Shown here: piece by piece, positions 27,588 through 36,324 of the stretch | Layout of the letters: every line of letters begins with the position of its first letter | Numbering within the stretch: the first letter of the stretch is position 1 | Source of the DNA: an uncultured archaeon | Lineage (GTDB): Archaea; Aenigmatarchaeota; Aenigmatarchaeia; QMZP01; JACQNV01 | Reading direction: 5' to 3' | Length of the DNA: 64,000 nucleotides | Assembly (NCBI GenBank): GCA_964631205.1 | Contig: CAZVWU010000005.1 | Coordinates: 19,711 to 83,710, forward strand | Program-made: the position numbers and the translations under genes | Notes under the pieces: generated by a model | Database searches by the model: none | Seen by the model: only the letters and a program-made list of their open reading frames with translations | Told to the model about the DNA's origin: nothing

Positions 27588-28688
27588 TTATTCACAACCT
27601 TTGGTTTTCAATTCAGAATAAATGCCGCTGACTTCATCCATCAGACCCAAAAATTTTTCCATTTCAGCTGGATTGTTATAGTTCTGCAAATCTATGACTG
27701 AAGAGATGAAAGTCTTGAACTCCCCGCCCATTTTTTGCTTGAGTTTATTATAAAGCGGCGTGCAGTCTTGTTTTTTGAGCTCTGGATCTGAAAAAGCGTC
27801 TGCTAGAACCTGCGCTCTCCTAGCTTCTTGTTTTGCAAAAGAAAGAAGGTTTTCAAACATCATTTTATTTTTAAATTTATAATGGTCTACACCACCGACA
27901 AGGACAGCTAACACATCCAATGGGTCCTTGTAAACTAGCCTGTACTCTGCAGATCTGCCTTCCCTGTCTGACGATTTAAACAATATCGCCCCGATTCTTC
28001 CTTGGGCAGGCGTCCTCAGCACAATCCCATTCTCCGGTATTGGGAGGTCTGCAGGCGAGATTATGATTTTAGTTTTTGGCGGCTGGAATTCGGCAGTGCA
28101 AAAGCTTAGCTTTAAATCTTGGGGGGATTTTGTCCTTACGATTCCTTTGATTGGCCTTATAAAATCGTCCCTGCTTTTGCTCACAAGCTCTGAATCCCCA
28201 TTGCAAAAGCCAAAGGAGACAACAGGGTCAATTGATTGCGGGAATAATTCTGTTATATTGTTGATTATTGAGTAATGTTCTAGTGAGTAGTCTGTGATCC
28301 CATAAAATATCTTTGTTTCAGGAAGGGCTCCCACGAAATCCTGCTTCCAGAAGCCATAGCTTAAAGACCCTTTGTAAACAGAAAGTTTTTCTCCCGGCTT
28401 GAAGAAAAACAGTATGGAAGGGTTCACTGAAACGCCGGCACCTTCTGAAATAAAGGGCGGCGGAGCCAGAAGAGGCGGCTTTTTTAGCCTGATTTCTGCA
28501 GGAACATTATAGATGTATGTATCCTCTATTAGATTTTTCAAGTTTTTATATTCTTGAACCTCAGCTGATTTTGTTTCAGTGACAGAGTATACCCCTGCAA
28601 ATTGCAGCATGAAATAAAGGAAAAATGAGGCGATTATCAAACCCAAGATTATTTTGAATGCCTCAAAAACGCTCAACGCCATAAGCAT
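27588..28688 (-). CDS. Membrane-anchored hypothetical protein (pilus-locus accessory?)
   Basis: N-terminal TM MLMALSVFEAFKIILGLIIASFFLYFML. No recognisable domain. Confidence 0.55.
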   Translation of the reverse strand: MLMALSVFEAFKIILGLIIASFFLYFMLQFAGVYSVTETKSAEVQEYKNLKNLIEDTYIYNVPAEIRLKKPPLLAPPPFISEGAGVSVNPSILFFFKPGEKLSVYKGSLSYGFWKQDFVGALPETKIFYGITDYSLEHYSIINNITELFPQSIDPVVSFGFCNGDSELVSKSRDDFIRPIKGIVRTKSPQDLKLSFCTAEFQPPKTKIIISPADLPIPENGIVLRTPAQGRIGAILFKSSDREGRSAEYRLVYKDPLDVLAVLVGGVDHYKFKNKMMFENLLSFAKQEARRAQVLADAFSDPELKKQDCTPLYNKLKQKMGGEFKTFISSVIDLQNYNNPAEMEKFLGLMDEVSGIYSELKTKGCE

Positions 28689-28736
28689 CACTGGTCTCCT
28701 ATAGGGGCTTTACTTCCACATAGCCGCCTTTGTTTG

Positions 28737-28770
28737 CACTTCTTTTCTGAAGAAAAGACCTGCACTAGAA
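28737..28770. repeat. Intergenic element copy B (inverted orientation), flanked by 31-bp direct repeats at 28704..28736 and 28772..28802
   Basis: GCACTTCTTTTCTGAAGAAAAGACCTGCACTAGAA. Central palindrome CTTTTC-TGAA-GAAAAG. Contains the stop (CTA) of 28765..29244. Flanking repeat GGCTTTACTTCCACATAGCCGCCTTTGTTTG occurs twice. Confidence 0.7.
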
Positions 28771-29244
28771 AGGCTTTACTTCCACATAGCCGCCTTTGTT
28801 TGTCAGTAAAAGATTGTATGTTGAGGTTATGCAGAAATTGGCTTCTGGTTTCATCTTTTCTATAGCGACCCCCTTTATTCCTTTATCCCGTCTGAGGTAA
28901 ATGAGAGAATATTTGTTTGCCTTTATCAAATCCTGGTAATCATACTCGTCTATCCAGCCTTTTGCCGGGTTATCCCTAGGATCTTCTGGATCTAAAAAGC
29001 AGGCCCTTTCCACATTATAGCCTAAAAAGAAATTGAATGTCTCCTTAGAGCCTGTTGTTGACCAGAAGATGCCTGTCTTCTTTTCCTTGCTGTAAACAGC
29101 CAATTCAAATTCCTTTGCTTGCCTGTCCAGCTGCACTTCTTCCCCAAGGCCGAAAAATCTCATTATGAGTGTAATTCCCCCTGTCAGGAGAAACCCAACT
29201 ACTATTATGACAAAAATAAATACAAACACCAAAGATATGTCCAT
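28765..29244 (-). CDS. Membrane-anchored hypothetical protein
   Basis: N-terminal TM MDISLVFVFIFVIIVVGFLL. 159 aa. The stop codon lies inside intergenic element copy B. Confidence 0.55.
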   Translation of the reverse strand: MDISLVFVFIFVIIVVGFLLTGGITLIMRFFGLGEEVQLDRQAKEFELAVYSKEKKTGIFWSTTGSKETFNFFLGYNVERACFLDPEDPRDNPAKGWIDEYDYQDLIKANKYSLIYLRRDKGIKGVAIEKMKPEANFCITSTYNLLLTNKGGYVEVKPF

Positions 29245-29359
29245 CTTTATAATTGTTTATTCAAGTTAAAATATACTGTCAAGACTAGAAAAGAAGAATT
29301 GCTTTGCATCTTGGAAGATTGACAGAAAGAAAAAGTGCAAAGAAGTGCAATCATCGGTT

Positions 29360-29406
29360 TTCTAGTGCAGGTCTTTTTGACCAATTGAACAGGGAAAGAA
29401 GTGCTA
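29360..29406. repeat. Intergenic element copy C
   Basis: TTCTAGTGCAGGTCTTTTTGACC...GGGAAAGAAGTGCTA. The stop codon of 29404..29970 lies in the terminal GTGCTA. Extra AAGTGCAA half-sites lie just upstream (29325-29350). Confidence 0.65.
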
Positions 29407-29970
29407 CTCTATGTTTAAAACAAAGATTTTGCTGCAGTCTTCTGGGAAGGATGTTGCTGTTGCGTTCACACGCTCGCATGTCGCGGAATCCTTGACCAGA
29501 CTGCTTTTGCCTGACTTGAACTCAAACTGGAACTTCCCTATGTCTGTATCTGGGGGAACTTTCATAACTATTGGTATATCTCTGATGTCCCCAGCCCTTA
29601 TCCAAATTGTCTGCACATAATCAAACCATGCTATAGCTTGTGTTAGAGGCCTTTGCCCGACTGCCCTAAAACTAAGTTTATAACAAGCGTCACCGGGCCC
29701 TTTATTGTTTATCAATATTTTAAACTGGTTTTCAGCGTCCCTTTTAGCTGAGGCTTCATCCCCTGTTGTCAGGACACAGCTTTTAGTCGGGTCTTTTTTA
29801 AGTGTGTCTGAGAGGTCTTGTATAGCTTGCTCAGTGACCTGGATCCCTATTGTATTGATATTTTTGAACAGGTTTCGTATAAATCCTGTTCCTAAAGTTA
29901 AAATTAGCACAGCTATCACAATGATTATCACAAATTCAATTCCGATGTTTATGCCTTTTTTTTGAGCCAT
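29404..29970 (-). CDS. Pilin-like protein (class III-type signal)
   Basis: MAQKKGINIGIEFVIIIVIAVLILTLG. The stop codon lies inside intergenic element copy C. Confidence 0.6.
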   Translation of the reverse strand: MAQKKGINIGIEFVIIIVIAVLILTLGTGFIRNLFKNINTIGIQVTEQAIQDLSDTLKKDPTKSCVLTTGDEASAKRDAENQFKILINNKGPGDACYKLSFRAVGQRPLTQAIAWFDYVQTIWIRAGDIRDIPIVMKVPPDTDIGKFQFEFKSGKSSLVKDSATCERVNATATSFPEDCSKIFVLNIE

Positions 29971-30092
29971 ATTATTGGTAACTGTTTTCTTTTGGTTATA
30001 CCTTTTCTTTTGGGAAAAAGAAAGGGTATATGTTTATGCCTTTTTTTTGAGCCATATTATTGGTAACTGTTTTCTTTTGGTTATACCTTTTC
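29945..30092. repeat. Tandem duplication (two ~62-nt copies, 85-nt period) of the 5' end, promoter and first 9 codons of pilin-like gene 29404..29970
   Basis: ATGTTTATGCCTTTTTTTTGAGCCATATTATTGGTAACTGTTTTCTTTTGGTTATACCTTTTC occurs at 29945..30006 and 30030..30092. The second copy would encode a truncated MAQKKGINIYPFFFPKEKV*. Confidence 0.7.
29991..30030 (-). promoter_or_regulatory. Promoter module of pilin-like gene 29404..29970, with the same architecture as 27478..27520
   Basis: Minus strand: TATACCC-(CCTTTTCTTTT...AAAAAGAAAGGG imperfect IR)-GGTATAACCAAAAGAAAAC, about 17 nt before the ATG. Confidence 0.45.
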
Positions 30093-30240
30093 GACTCAGG
30101 CGGACATAGGTCTTTATACAATTACCTAGACCTTTTTCGTCCCTCTAATGGGTAATAATTAGCTCAGGTTGTTTATATATAATTTATTATACGAGATGCC
30201 GAATTATCAAAACTGTGATAAAACACAATGCAGTATAAAA

Positions 30241-33200
30241 TCAACGCCCTTTACCCCTGCCTTTGGCTTTTATTTTTTTCGCTGGTTCTTTTGGTTCCTT
30301 TTTATCTAGTGGAGCTTTTACAGTAATATAATCTTTTAGGTCTGCCAGTTCTGTGCTTACAGGCGCCTCTTTTTCTGCCTTAACATCCACTTTCGGCCTT
30401 CTCGAATAGAAGAAGATTATTATAATGATTATTATTATCCCGAGCATGATGCCTATCTGGGAAGAGTATGCTGTAATTAGGCCTGTCGCTGGAGTTGTTG
30501 GTTGGGTTGTCTGGTTTGCAGTAGGCGCTGGTGTTGGAGGTTGAGGTGACGCCGTTGGGGGTGTTGCCTCTTCAGCAGGCTTTGGTTTTGTTGTTGCGAC
30601 AAATACAGAAAATCCCGGAGTTGTGACGACAAATTCCGCTGAGCCGCCTGTTTTCAAAGCCCATTTTGGATCAGGCAGCTGATTCCATGTTTTATTTGAA
30701 AATCTAAGGAATATTATCTCTGATGGTGGCGAATTTAACATCTCATCTTTTCTCATTGTTATTGTGAAATTTGCTTGTGATATCTTGCCTCTCAGGTTTT
30801 CTGAAGCTATTAGCTGAAACACCTTTAAAGCTTTCTGGCCTGCTCCAGGAAGAGGCTTTAATCCTTGGCCATAATCGTCTGCTATCGGCATCCCTTTCAG
30901 CGCTCTCATCTCTACATAGGCTGCTACTGAACTGACCACTTCATCTGTTTCTAAAATGATTTTGCTTATTCCTGCTTTTTCTGATATTTCCTGGGAGATT
31001 ATCAGCTCTATCGGTGTATATGGCAAGAAATCCCTGGGGTAGGTTAGTAATTGTGAAGCTATGACATTTAATTCAGATGCCGAAATTACATAAGATACGC
31101 CACCGACTCCACCACCGTCTCCACTTCCACCGCCTCCTCCACTAGAGGATCCACCACCAGCTGCAGAGGCTACTGTTATTGTTATTGTAGCTGTTGTGCT
31201 GTTGCTCAAGCCGAAAATATCAATTGCAGTGTAAGTTACAACAAATGTTCCGGTGGAGGTGTAGGTTTTTACTGGGTTTGCGGCTGTGGATGTTGTTCCA
31301 TCGCCAAAGTTCCATAAGTGTGAAATCCTGTCTCCAAGGACGCCAGGTATATTCGGGTCTGTTGCGGCGCTTGTAAATGTTATTTCTTGCCCAATGGTTG
31401 CTGAGTTTGTTGAAACAGTAAATCTTGCAACTGGCGGGAAATTCACCAAAGAAGCCAAGTTGCCTTGCCCGCTTGCAGAGGCATTGTATATAGTCCCATT
31501 TGACAATGCCAGCGTGCCATTAAATATTATATTGTTTGTAATATTTGCGCTATTTACAACTGTGTTCACCAGCGTCGAATTTATAACTGTGCTTCTTGTT
31601 ATTGTAACGTTTGTTAAGATATTTGCCAGGTTAAGGCTGCTATTTGTTATTGTGCAATTTGTCAGCGTGCTGCCGATTGCATTGCTGTCTGCTAAGGAGC
31701 AGAGATTAAGCGTGCTTGCAGCGACTGTCCCATTAATCAGGATCCCGGCTATCAGGAAGGAATTGTTGAGGGATGAATTTGTTAAGGTAGAGTTTGTGAT
31801 TGTTGAACTTGTCACGCTTGAGCTTGCGAGTGTTGAGTTAGTTACTGAGCTGGCTGTGACATTTGAAGACGTGCTCGTGCTGAATGTGACATTTGAGTTT
31901 ATAACTGAGCCGCCGCTGATTGAGCTTCCTGTTATATTGCTTGGGTCAACAACAGTATTAACAAAGGAGCAGGGAGAGGTTGCTGTTGTATCAGATATAT
32001 TGCTGTTCACAATATTGCATCCGTTAAGGACGCTGTTCCTGATAGAACTTAACCTCCCTGTGACGCTATTAAGGGTGCTTGAATTCACAGTTGAGTTTGT
32101 CATCACACTTGAGGCTATGCTGTTTGTGCCAATCAAGGTTGTGAAGTCGAGTATGTTCACGAGATTGTAAACAAGGTCTGTATTGGCCGTTGAGTTTTCG
32201 CCTGTGCATGCAAGGCTAACATTTTTAAAACCAAAAGGAGTTGTTAGCAGACCTATCTGTGCGCTGTGGACTGTTGTGCCTGCTCCCTGAAAACTGTTTG
32301 CCATGGAGTTGAAATCTGTATCTGAGAAAGACCATCTGCATGTATCGGTTACTGATGTGTTAAAGGTTAGAGTGAAGAAGCTTGTTTGTACAGTTGACCT
32401 GTTTGCCGGGTTAAAGCTGCTTTTTACTGAAGGCCCACCGCCCCCTCCCCCTCCACTAGCTGTAACTGCTATCCCTATCGCTGCTGAAGTGGTTGAAGCC
32501 CCCAAATTGTCTGTTGCAACTGTTGTAAGCGAGTATGTGCCTGCTGCCAGATTATTGACTGCCTGTGAGAATGGGGCTGTTGTGTCCTCGCCGAGTTTTG
32601 TTGCGCCCTGGAAGAATTCAACTTTGGCAACTGTCCCATCAGGATCAGTTGCTGTGGCCTCTATTGTGAATGTTGCAGGGGCTGTGAATGTTGCTCCTGC
32701 TGCTGGGTTGGTTATGCTGGCTGTTGGAGGCTGGTTCCTGTTATCAACAGCAAAGCTGTTTGTCGCCACAGCTGTCCCTGCTGTTGTATCAGATGGGGTT
32801 ATCCTTATCCTGACCTGATTATTAACTGCTGATGCCGCAACGCCGTCTGCCACTGAGTTCCAGACAAATGTGTGCGCTATACCTGTAGGCGAAGTTGTCA
32901 GGCCTGTTACGCCATCCCCGCCTGTTCCTCTAGTTGCTGCACTAAAGGTTGCCCCATTGTCTGCTGAGAGCTGGACATTAACTGAAGCTGTGTTGCTTTC
33001 TGGGTCTATTAGGTTATAGCTGATTGTTATGTTGCCTCTCTGGGTTCCTGCAGGCGTGGTTATTGTTGCTGAAGGCGGTGTGTTGGCTTGCGCGCCGCCT
33101 GTTGGTGTTGCTGACACTTCAATTGAGTTGAAGATCGACCCTTCTCCTGCTAGATTAACTGCAGTGACTTTATAGAATACCTTCTGGCCGTTTGCAAGGC

Positions 33201-34362
33201 CTGTGTCCTGGAATGTCAGGACATTTCCAACTGTTGTTACCAGAGCCTTGTTAGTTGAAGTTGTGCCCCTGTATATTTTATAGTTTGTTACCGTGGCTCC
33301 GCCGTTGTTTGCAGGAGCCTGCCATGTGAGTGTTACCTGACCATTACCAGCCTGGACTGCCAGGTTCTGGGGTGCAGATGGGAGCCGGATCAGGACAGGA
33401 ACTGGGAGTGTTGGCAATGTGGCTATTTCGAATGTTACGGTTGAGAAAAATGATTTAGCTGTGATTGTATATCCGCGGCTTAAAAGGTCTATTGTCTGGC
33501 CTTGGTTTATAAATTGGTTTGCAAGCTGGTTGCTATTTGAATCGGTAACAAGCACTTGCACGCCCCCCACTATTCCTGAGGTTAGCTGAAGCTTGTCATT
33601 CCCTGGCAATATAACTAAAGACCCTGGGGGTACTGTAAGCTCGGTTTTTGTTGTTGCGGGTGCAGGTGTTGCCGCTATTTCATTGCTTCTTGCACTTTCA
33701 CCCACAGAGTTTACAGCAGTGATTTCATAGAACACCTGCTGATTATTTGTGACGCCAATGTCTGCGAAAGTAAGGATGTTTCCTATTGTTGCTATCAAAA
33801 GCTTGTTTGCTGAAGCTGTGCCCCTATACACATTATAGTTAATTATTGCTGCTCCGCCATTGTCTGCAGGAGCCTGCCATGTGAGTGTTACCTGACCATT
33901 ACCAGCCTGGACTGCCAGGTTCTGGGGTGCAGATGGGGCTGAGACTTGGCCTGGGACAGAAACTTCAAGGGTTGCTTCTGACACCATGCTTAATCCAGGA
34001 AAGAGCTTAATTGCTGCTACTTTTATTGTCAAGGAGGTGCCGTCTATCAGGTTCACGGTTTTTGTTTCCCCCAAAAATATTATAGCAGGACTAGCTATGA
34101 CACCAGCTGGGCTGGAGACATAATGCAGGTATTGACCATTAAGGTTTCTTATGTCAAGCCATATTTGATTGGTAATTCCATCAATTGTTTGGAGCGATAG
34201 AAGATAATTCCCAAAAGTTGTGGATGTTGACCCGCCGACTGTCACTGTTGTTGGTGCTGACTGGGCAATAGCCATGCCCAAAAGCAAAATCAAAGCTGCA
34301 GAGAAATAGGCGGTCGCTCGCTTGGTATTCTTAAAATCTCTGCGCATTCTCCTTTCTTCCAT
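30241..34362 (-). CDS. Giant surface protein with tandem FN3, Ig-like, Asn/Ser/Thr-rich beta-helix-like and PKD domains, plus a C-terminal 'PGF'-containing anchor module
   Basis: Signal peptide. Two near-identical FN3 units (PSAPQNLAVQAGNGQVTLTWQAPA...). PKD motif WNFGDGT. Many N-x-S/T sequons. C-terminal TTPGFSVFVATT, a Thr/Pro linker, TM IMLGIIIIIIIIFFY and RRPK. Confidence 0.85.
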   Translation of the reverse strand: MEERRMRRDFKNTKRATAYFSAALILLLGMAIAQSAPTTVTVGGSTSTTFGNYLLSLQTIDGITNQIWLDIRNLNGQYLHYVSSPAGVIASPAIIFLGETKTVNLIDGTSLTIKVAAIKLFPGLSMVSEATLEVSVPGQVSAPSAPQNLAVQAGNGQVTLTWQAPADNGGAAIINYNVYRGTASANKLLIATIGNILTFADIGVTNNQQVFYEITAVNSVGESARSNEIAATPAPATTKTELTVPPGSLVILPGNDKLQLTSGIVGGVQVLVTDSNSNQLANQFINQGQTIDLLSRGYTITAKSFFSTVTFEIATLPTLPVPVLIRLPSAPQNLAVQAGNGQVTLTWQAPANNGGATVTNYKIYRGTTSTNKALVTTVGNVLTFQDTGLANGQKVFYKVTAVNLAGEGSIFNSIEVSATPTGGAQANTPPSATITTPAGTQRGNITISYNLIDPESNTASVNVQLSADNGATFSAATRGTGGDGVTGLTTSPTGIAHTFVWNSVADGVAASAVNNQVRIRITPSDTTAGTAVATNSFAVDNRNQPPTASITNPAAGATFTAPATFTIEATATDPDGTVAKVEFFQGATKLGEDTTAPFSQAVNNLAAGTYSLTTVATDNLGASTTSAAIGIAVTASGGGGGGGPSVKSSFNPANRSTVQTSFFTLTFNTSVTDTCRWSFSDTDFNSMANSFQGAGTTVHSAQIGLLTTPFGFKNVSLACTGENSTANTDLVYNLVNILDFTTLIGTNSIASSVMTNSTVNSSTLNSVTGRLSSIRNSVLNGCNIVNSNISDTTATSPCSFVNTVVDPSNITGSSISGGSVINSNVTFSTSTSSNVTASSVTNSTLASSSVTSSTITNSTLTNSSLNNSFLIAGILINGTVAASTLNLCSLADSNAIGSTLTNCTITNSSLNLANILTNVTITRSTVINSTLVNTVVNSANITNNIIFNGTLALSNGTIYNASASGQGNLASLVNFPPVARFTVSTNSATIGQEITFTSAATDPNIPGVLGDRISHLWNFGDGTTSTAANPVKTYTSTGTFVVTYTAIDIFGLSNSTTATITITVASAAGGGSSSGGGGGSGDGGGVGGVSYVISASELNVIASQLLTYPRDFLPYTPIELIISQEISEKAGISKIILETDEVVSSVAAYVEMRALKGMPIADDYGQGLKPLPGAGQKALKVFQLIASENLRGKISQANFTITMRKDEMLNSPPSEIIFLRFSNKTWNQLPDPKWALKTGGSAEFVVTTPGFSVFVATTKPKPAEEATPPTASPQPPTPAPTANQTTQPTTPATGLITAYSSQIGIMLGIIIIIIIIFFYSRRPKVDVKAEKEAPVSTELADLKDYITVKAPLDKKEPKEPAKKIKAKGRGKGR
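33090..33936 (-). repeat. Two near-identical FN3-domain coding repeats inside the 1373-aa gene (about 33090..33381 and 33650..33936)
   Basis: At least 72 nt identical (coding PSAPQNLAVQAGNGQVTLTWQAPA). The flanks are diverged. Confidence 0.75.
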
Positions 34363-34477
34363 AAAAAGTCTATTGGCTCTCCCACTCCGAATTTAATAAT
34401 AGTTATAAGTTTTATAAACTGATTGGTAAGCAGGGCAAGTTTTATAAAGCTATCCTGCTTTTCGGTATTTTGGTTTT

Positions 34478-34535
34478 TTCTAGTGCAGGGCACCTTTTTA
34501 CGAAAAAGTTGCACCAAAAATGGAAAGAAGTGCTA
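34478..34535. repeat. Intergenic element copy D
   Basis: TTCTAGTGCAGGGCACCTTTTTACGAAAAAG...GGAAAGAAGTGCTA. Central CTTTTT-ACG-AAAAAG hairpin. The stop of the hef helicase gene lies in the terminal GTGCTA. Confidence 0.7.
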
Positions 34536-36197
34536 TTTCGAAGGAATTTGTGGATTTAGGCTTTTCTGCTGCATCCCATAAAGGATCCATTTCATCTTTT
34601 TCTCTTTGTTTAGAGATGACCAGTGGTAAGCCTCGTCCCTTGTGCCTTTTGTTATCAGGACAATGATTTTGCCGATTTTGGACCTGCCAACACGGCCTCT
34701 CCTCTGTATGCTTCTTATTTCGGATGGCGCAGGTTCGTAAAAGATCGCGATGTCGGCATCAGCCACATGCAGGCCTTCCTCCCCGATTGAAGTGCAGACT
34801 AATACATTGTAAACCCCTGACTTAAAATCCTCGAGCCGCTGGATCTGCTCTTTTTGGGTGAGGCCTTTTTTTACTTCTTGGATTGGTTTATCCTGAGGTT
34901 GCATATCTACTGCTTTTTGAAAATCAGTATTTAGTTTTTTATTTTCTTCTTTTTGATTAACGTTTTTCTTGAAACGGTTATTTACTTGCTTATTTTCAGA
35001 TCCCCTTTTCCCTTGGCCGATAAATTCGACAGGCCTTGAGCCCTCTATTTTTCCCAATGCCGATGCTATGTGGCTTACAGTGTCCCTGTATGTGGCGAAG
35101 ACTATTATTTTTGAGCCCTTTCTCTGGTTTACCTCTGCAGATACTATACTGCAGAGCTTGCTCATTTTTGGGTGCTTGTAGCCTTCCTCGAAAAGGCTGT
35201 TTGTCAGCCACATTGCATTTGAAATTGTTTTGTCTTTTACAAGGGCTATCGAATACCTTGATTTGTCTTCCCTTACTTTTTTCCAATAGTTTTCTAAAAT
35301 GGGGATTCCCTGGGTCTCTAGAAGGCCGATCGCATGCTCTATTTTTATTGCAGGCAGGGCAAGTGAGAGCCCTATGAAGGCGTCCCTGTTCCCTGCTTTT
35401 ATTTTTGCCATCAGGTTGCTTTGCAGAAGAAGCAGGTCTTTTTTTGTTGGATTTTTTCTTTTTAAAAGCCACATTTTCCTGAGGGTTTCTATCCTTTGGT
35501 AATAGGCAGACTTTAGAAGAGTCCTTATTCTGTCAAAATTTTCTGGAAGCTCAACACTGACCCATCCTATTTCCTTTTCGTTTATGTAGGGCTTGACATC
35601 CTCATCTTCTTCTGTCCGTATCTCGATTGCATCAAGGCCTGTATTTTTGCAGATTTCTTCTATCTTCCCTTTATCTGCGCCGGGGGAAGCTGTTAACCCC
35701 AGTATTTTTGGGTTTTTTGCTTGCGCCAGATAGGTTTTTGCAATAAATGGATAGGCATAATCGCCAATTGCATGGTGGACTTCATCCAAAACCAGCAGGC
35801 TGAATTCCTTCAAGTTGAGCCTGTTTTCCTCAAGATCATTTTTAATTGTTTGCGGGGTTGCGAAGACCAGTTTTTTGTTTTTGTAGATTTCTTCCCTTTT
35901 CTCTGGGCTTATTACTCCTGTTATAACTACAAAAAGGGTCTCGTCAATATTTAGGAAATTTAAAAAAGATTTATAATGCTGGTTTACAAGGGGCCTTGTA
36001 GGCGCCATTATTAATATTTTGGAGCTCTGGTTTTCATTCAGCCTGTGGGCTGCTAATAAGGCCGCTATGGGCGTTTTACCTAAACCAGTTGGAAGCACGC
36101 ACAGAATATTTTTATTCAAGGCAGAAGCTAAAACCGATTGCTGATAGGCTCTTGATTCGATTGAGTCTGGCTTGATTAAGGGATGCGAGACGTACAT
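34533..36197 (-). CDS. hef: Hef/FANCM-type DEAH-box helicase (helicase part only)
   Basis: Q-motif/Walker A (LPTGLGKT), DEVHH, and C-terminal LVCTSIGEEGLHV...FYEPAPSEIRSIQRRGRVGR, typical of archaeal Hef helicase. A K/N/Q-rich low-complexity insert lies between motifs IV and V. No nuclease domain is present. Confidence 0.85.
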   Translation of the reverse strand: MYVSHPLIKPDSIESRAYQQSVLASALNKNILCVLPTGLGKTPIAALLAAHRLNENQSSKILIMAPTRPLVNQHYKSFLNFLNIDETLFVVITGVISPEKREEIYKNKKLVFATPQTIKNDLEENRLNLKEFSLLVLDEVHHAIGDYAYPFIAKTYLAQAKNPKILGLTASPGADKGKIEEICKNTGLDAIEIRTEEDEDVKPYINEKEIGWVSVELPENFDRIRTLLKSAYYQRIETLRKMWLLKRKNPTKKDLLLLQSNLMAKIKAGNRDAFIGLSLALPAIKIEHAIGLLETQGIPILENYWKKVREDKSRYSIALVKDKTISNAMWLTNSLFEEGYKHPKMSKLCSIVSAEVNQRKGSKIIVFATYRDTVSHIASALGKIEGSRPVEFIGQGKRGSENKQVNNRFKKNVNQKEENKKLNTDFQKAVDMQPQDKPIQEVKKGLTQKEQIQRLEDFKSGVYNVLVCTSIGEEGLHVADADIAIFYEPAPSEIRSIQRRGRVGRSKIGKIIVLITKGTRDEAYHWSSLNKEKKMKWILYGMQQKSLNPQIPSK

Positions 36198-36287
36198 ATC
36201 GCTTAAGAATTAGCATATAGGAGTTTAAATTAAAAGTAGGAAATTAAAAACAAATTTTGGGGGTTCGGCCCTTTCCTAAAGGGCTGA

Positions 36288-36324
36288 TTCTAGTGCAGGT
36301 TTTTGCCGTGGCAAAAAAGTGCTA
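36288..36324. repeat. Intergenic element copy E
   Basis: TTCTAGTGCAGGTTTTTGCC-GTG-GCAAAAAAGTGCTA. The stop of 36322..38313 lies in the terminal GTGCTA. Preceded by hairpin GCCCTTT-CCT-AAAGGGC at 36268..36284. Confidence 0.7.

Noticed and set aside
31286-32818. Plus-strand ORFs of 294 and 171 aa inside the 1373-aa minus-strand gene. Similarly 36335..37672 and 37676..38227 lie inside 36322..38313, and 19484..20146 and 20255..20923 inside the 1760-aa gene.
   Set aside because: These are antisense reading frames opened by low-complexity Asn/Ser/Thr/Val-rich coding sequence on the opposite strand. They have no start or promoter context and no domain signal. The minus-strand genes have clear signal peptides and domains.
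34290-34517. 75-aa minus-strand ORF overlapping the start and promoter region of the 1373-aa gene
   Set aside because: It lies across the TTTATAAAACTT promoter repeats and element copy D, has no homology or hydrophobic signal, and is most likely spurious.
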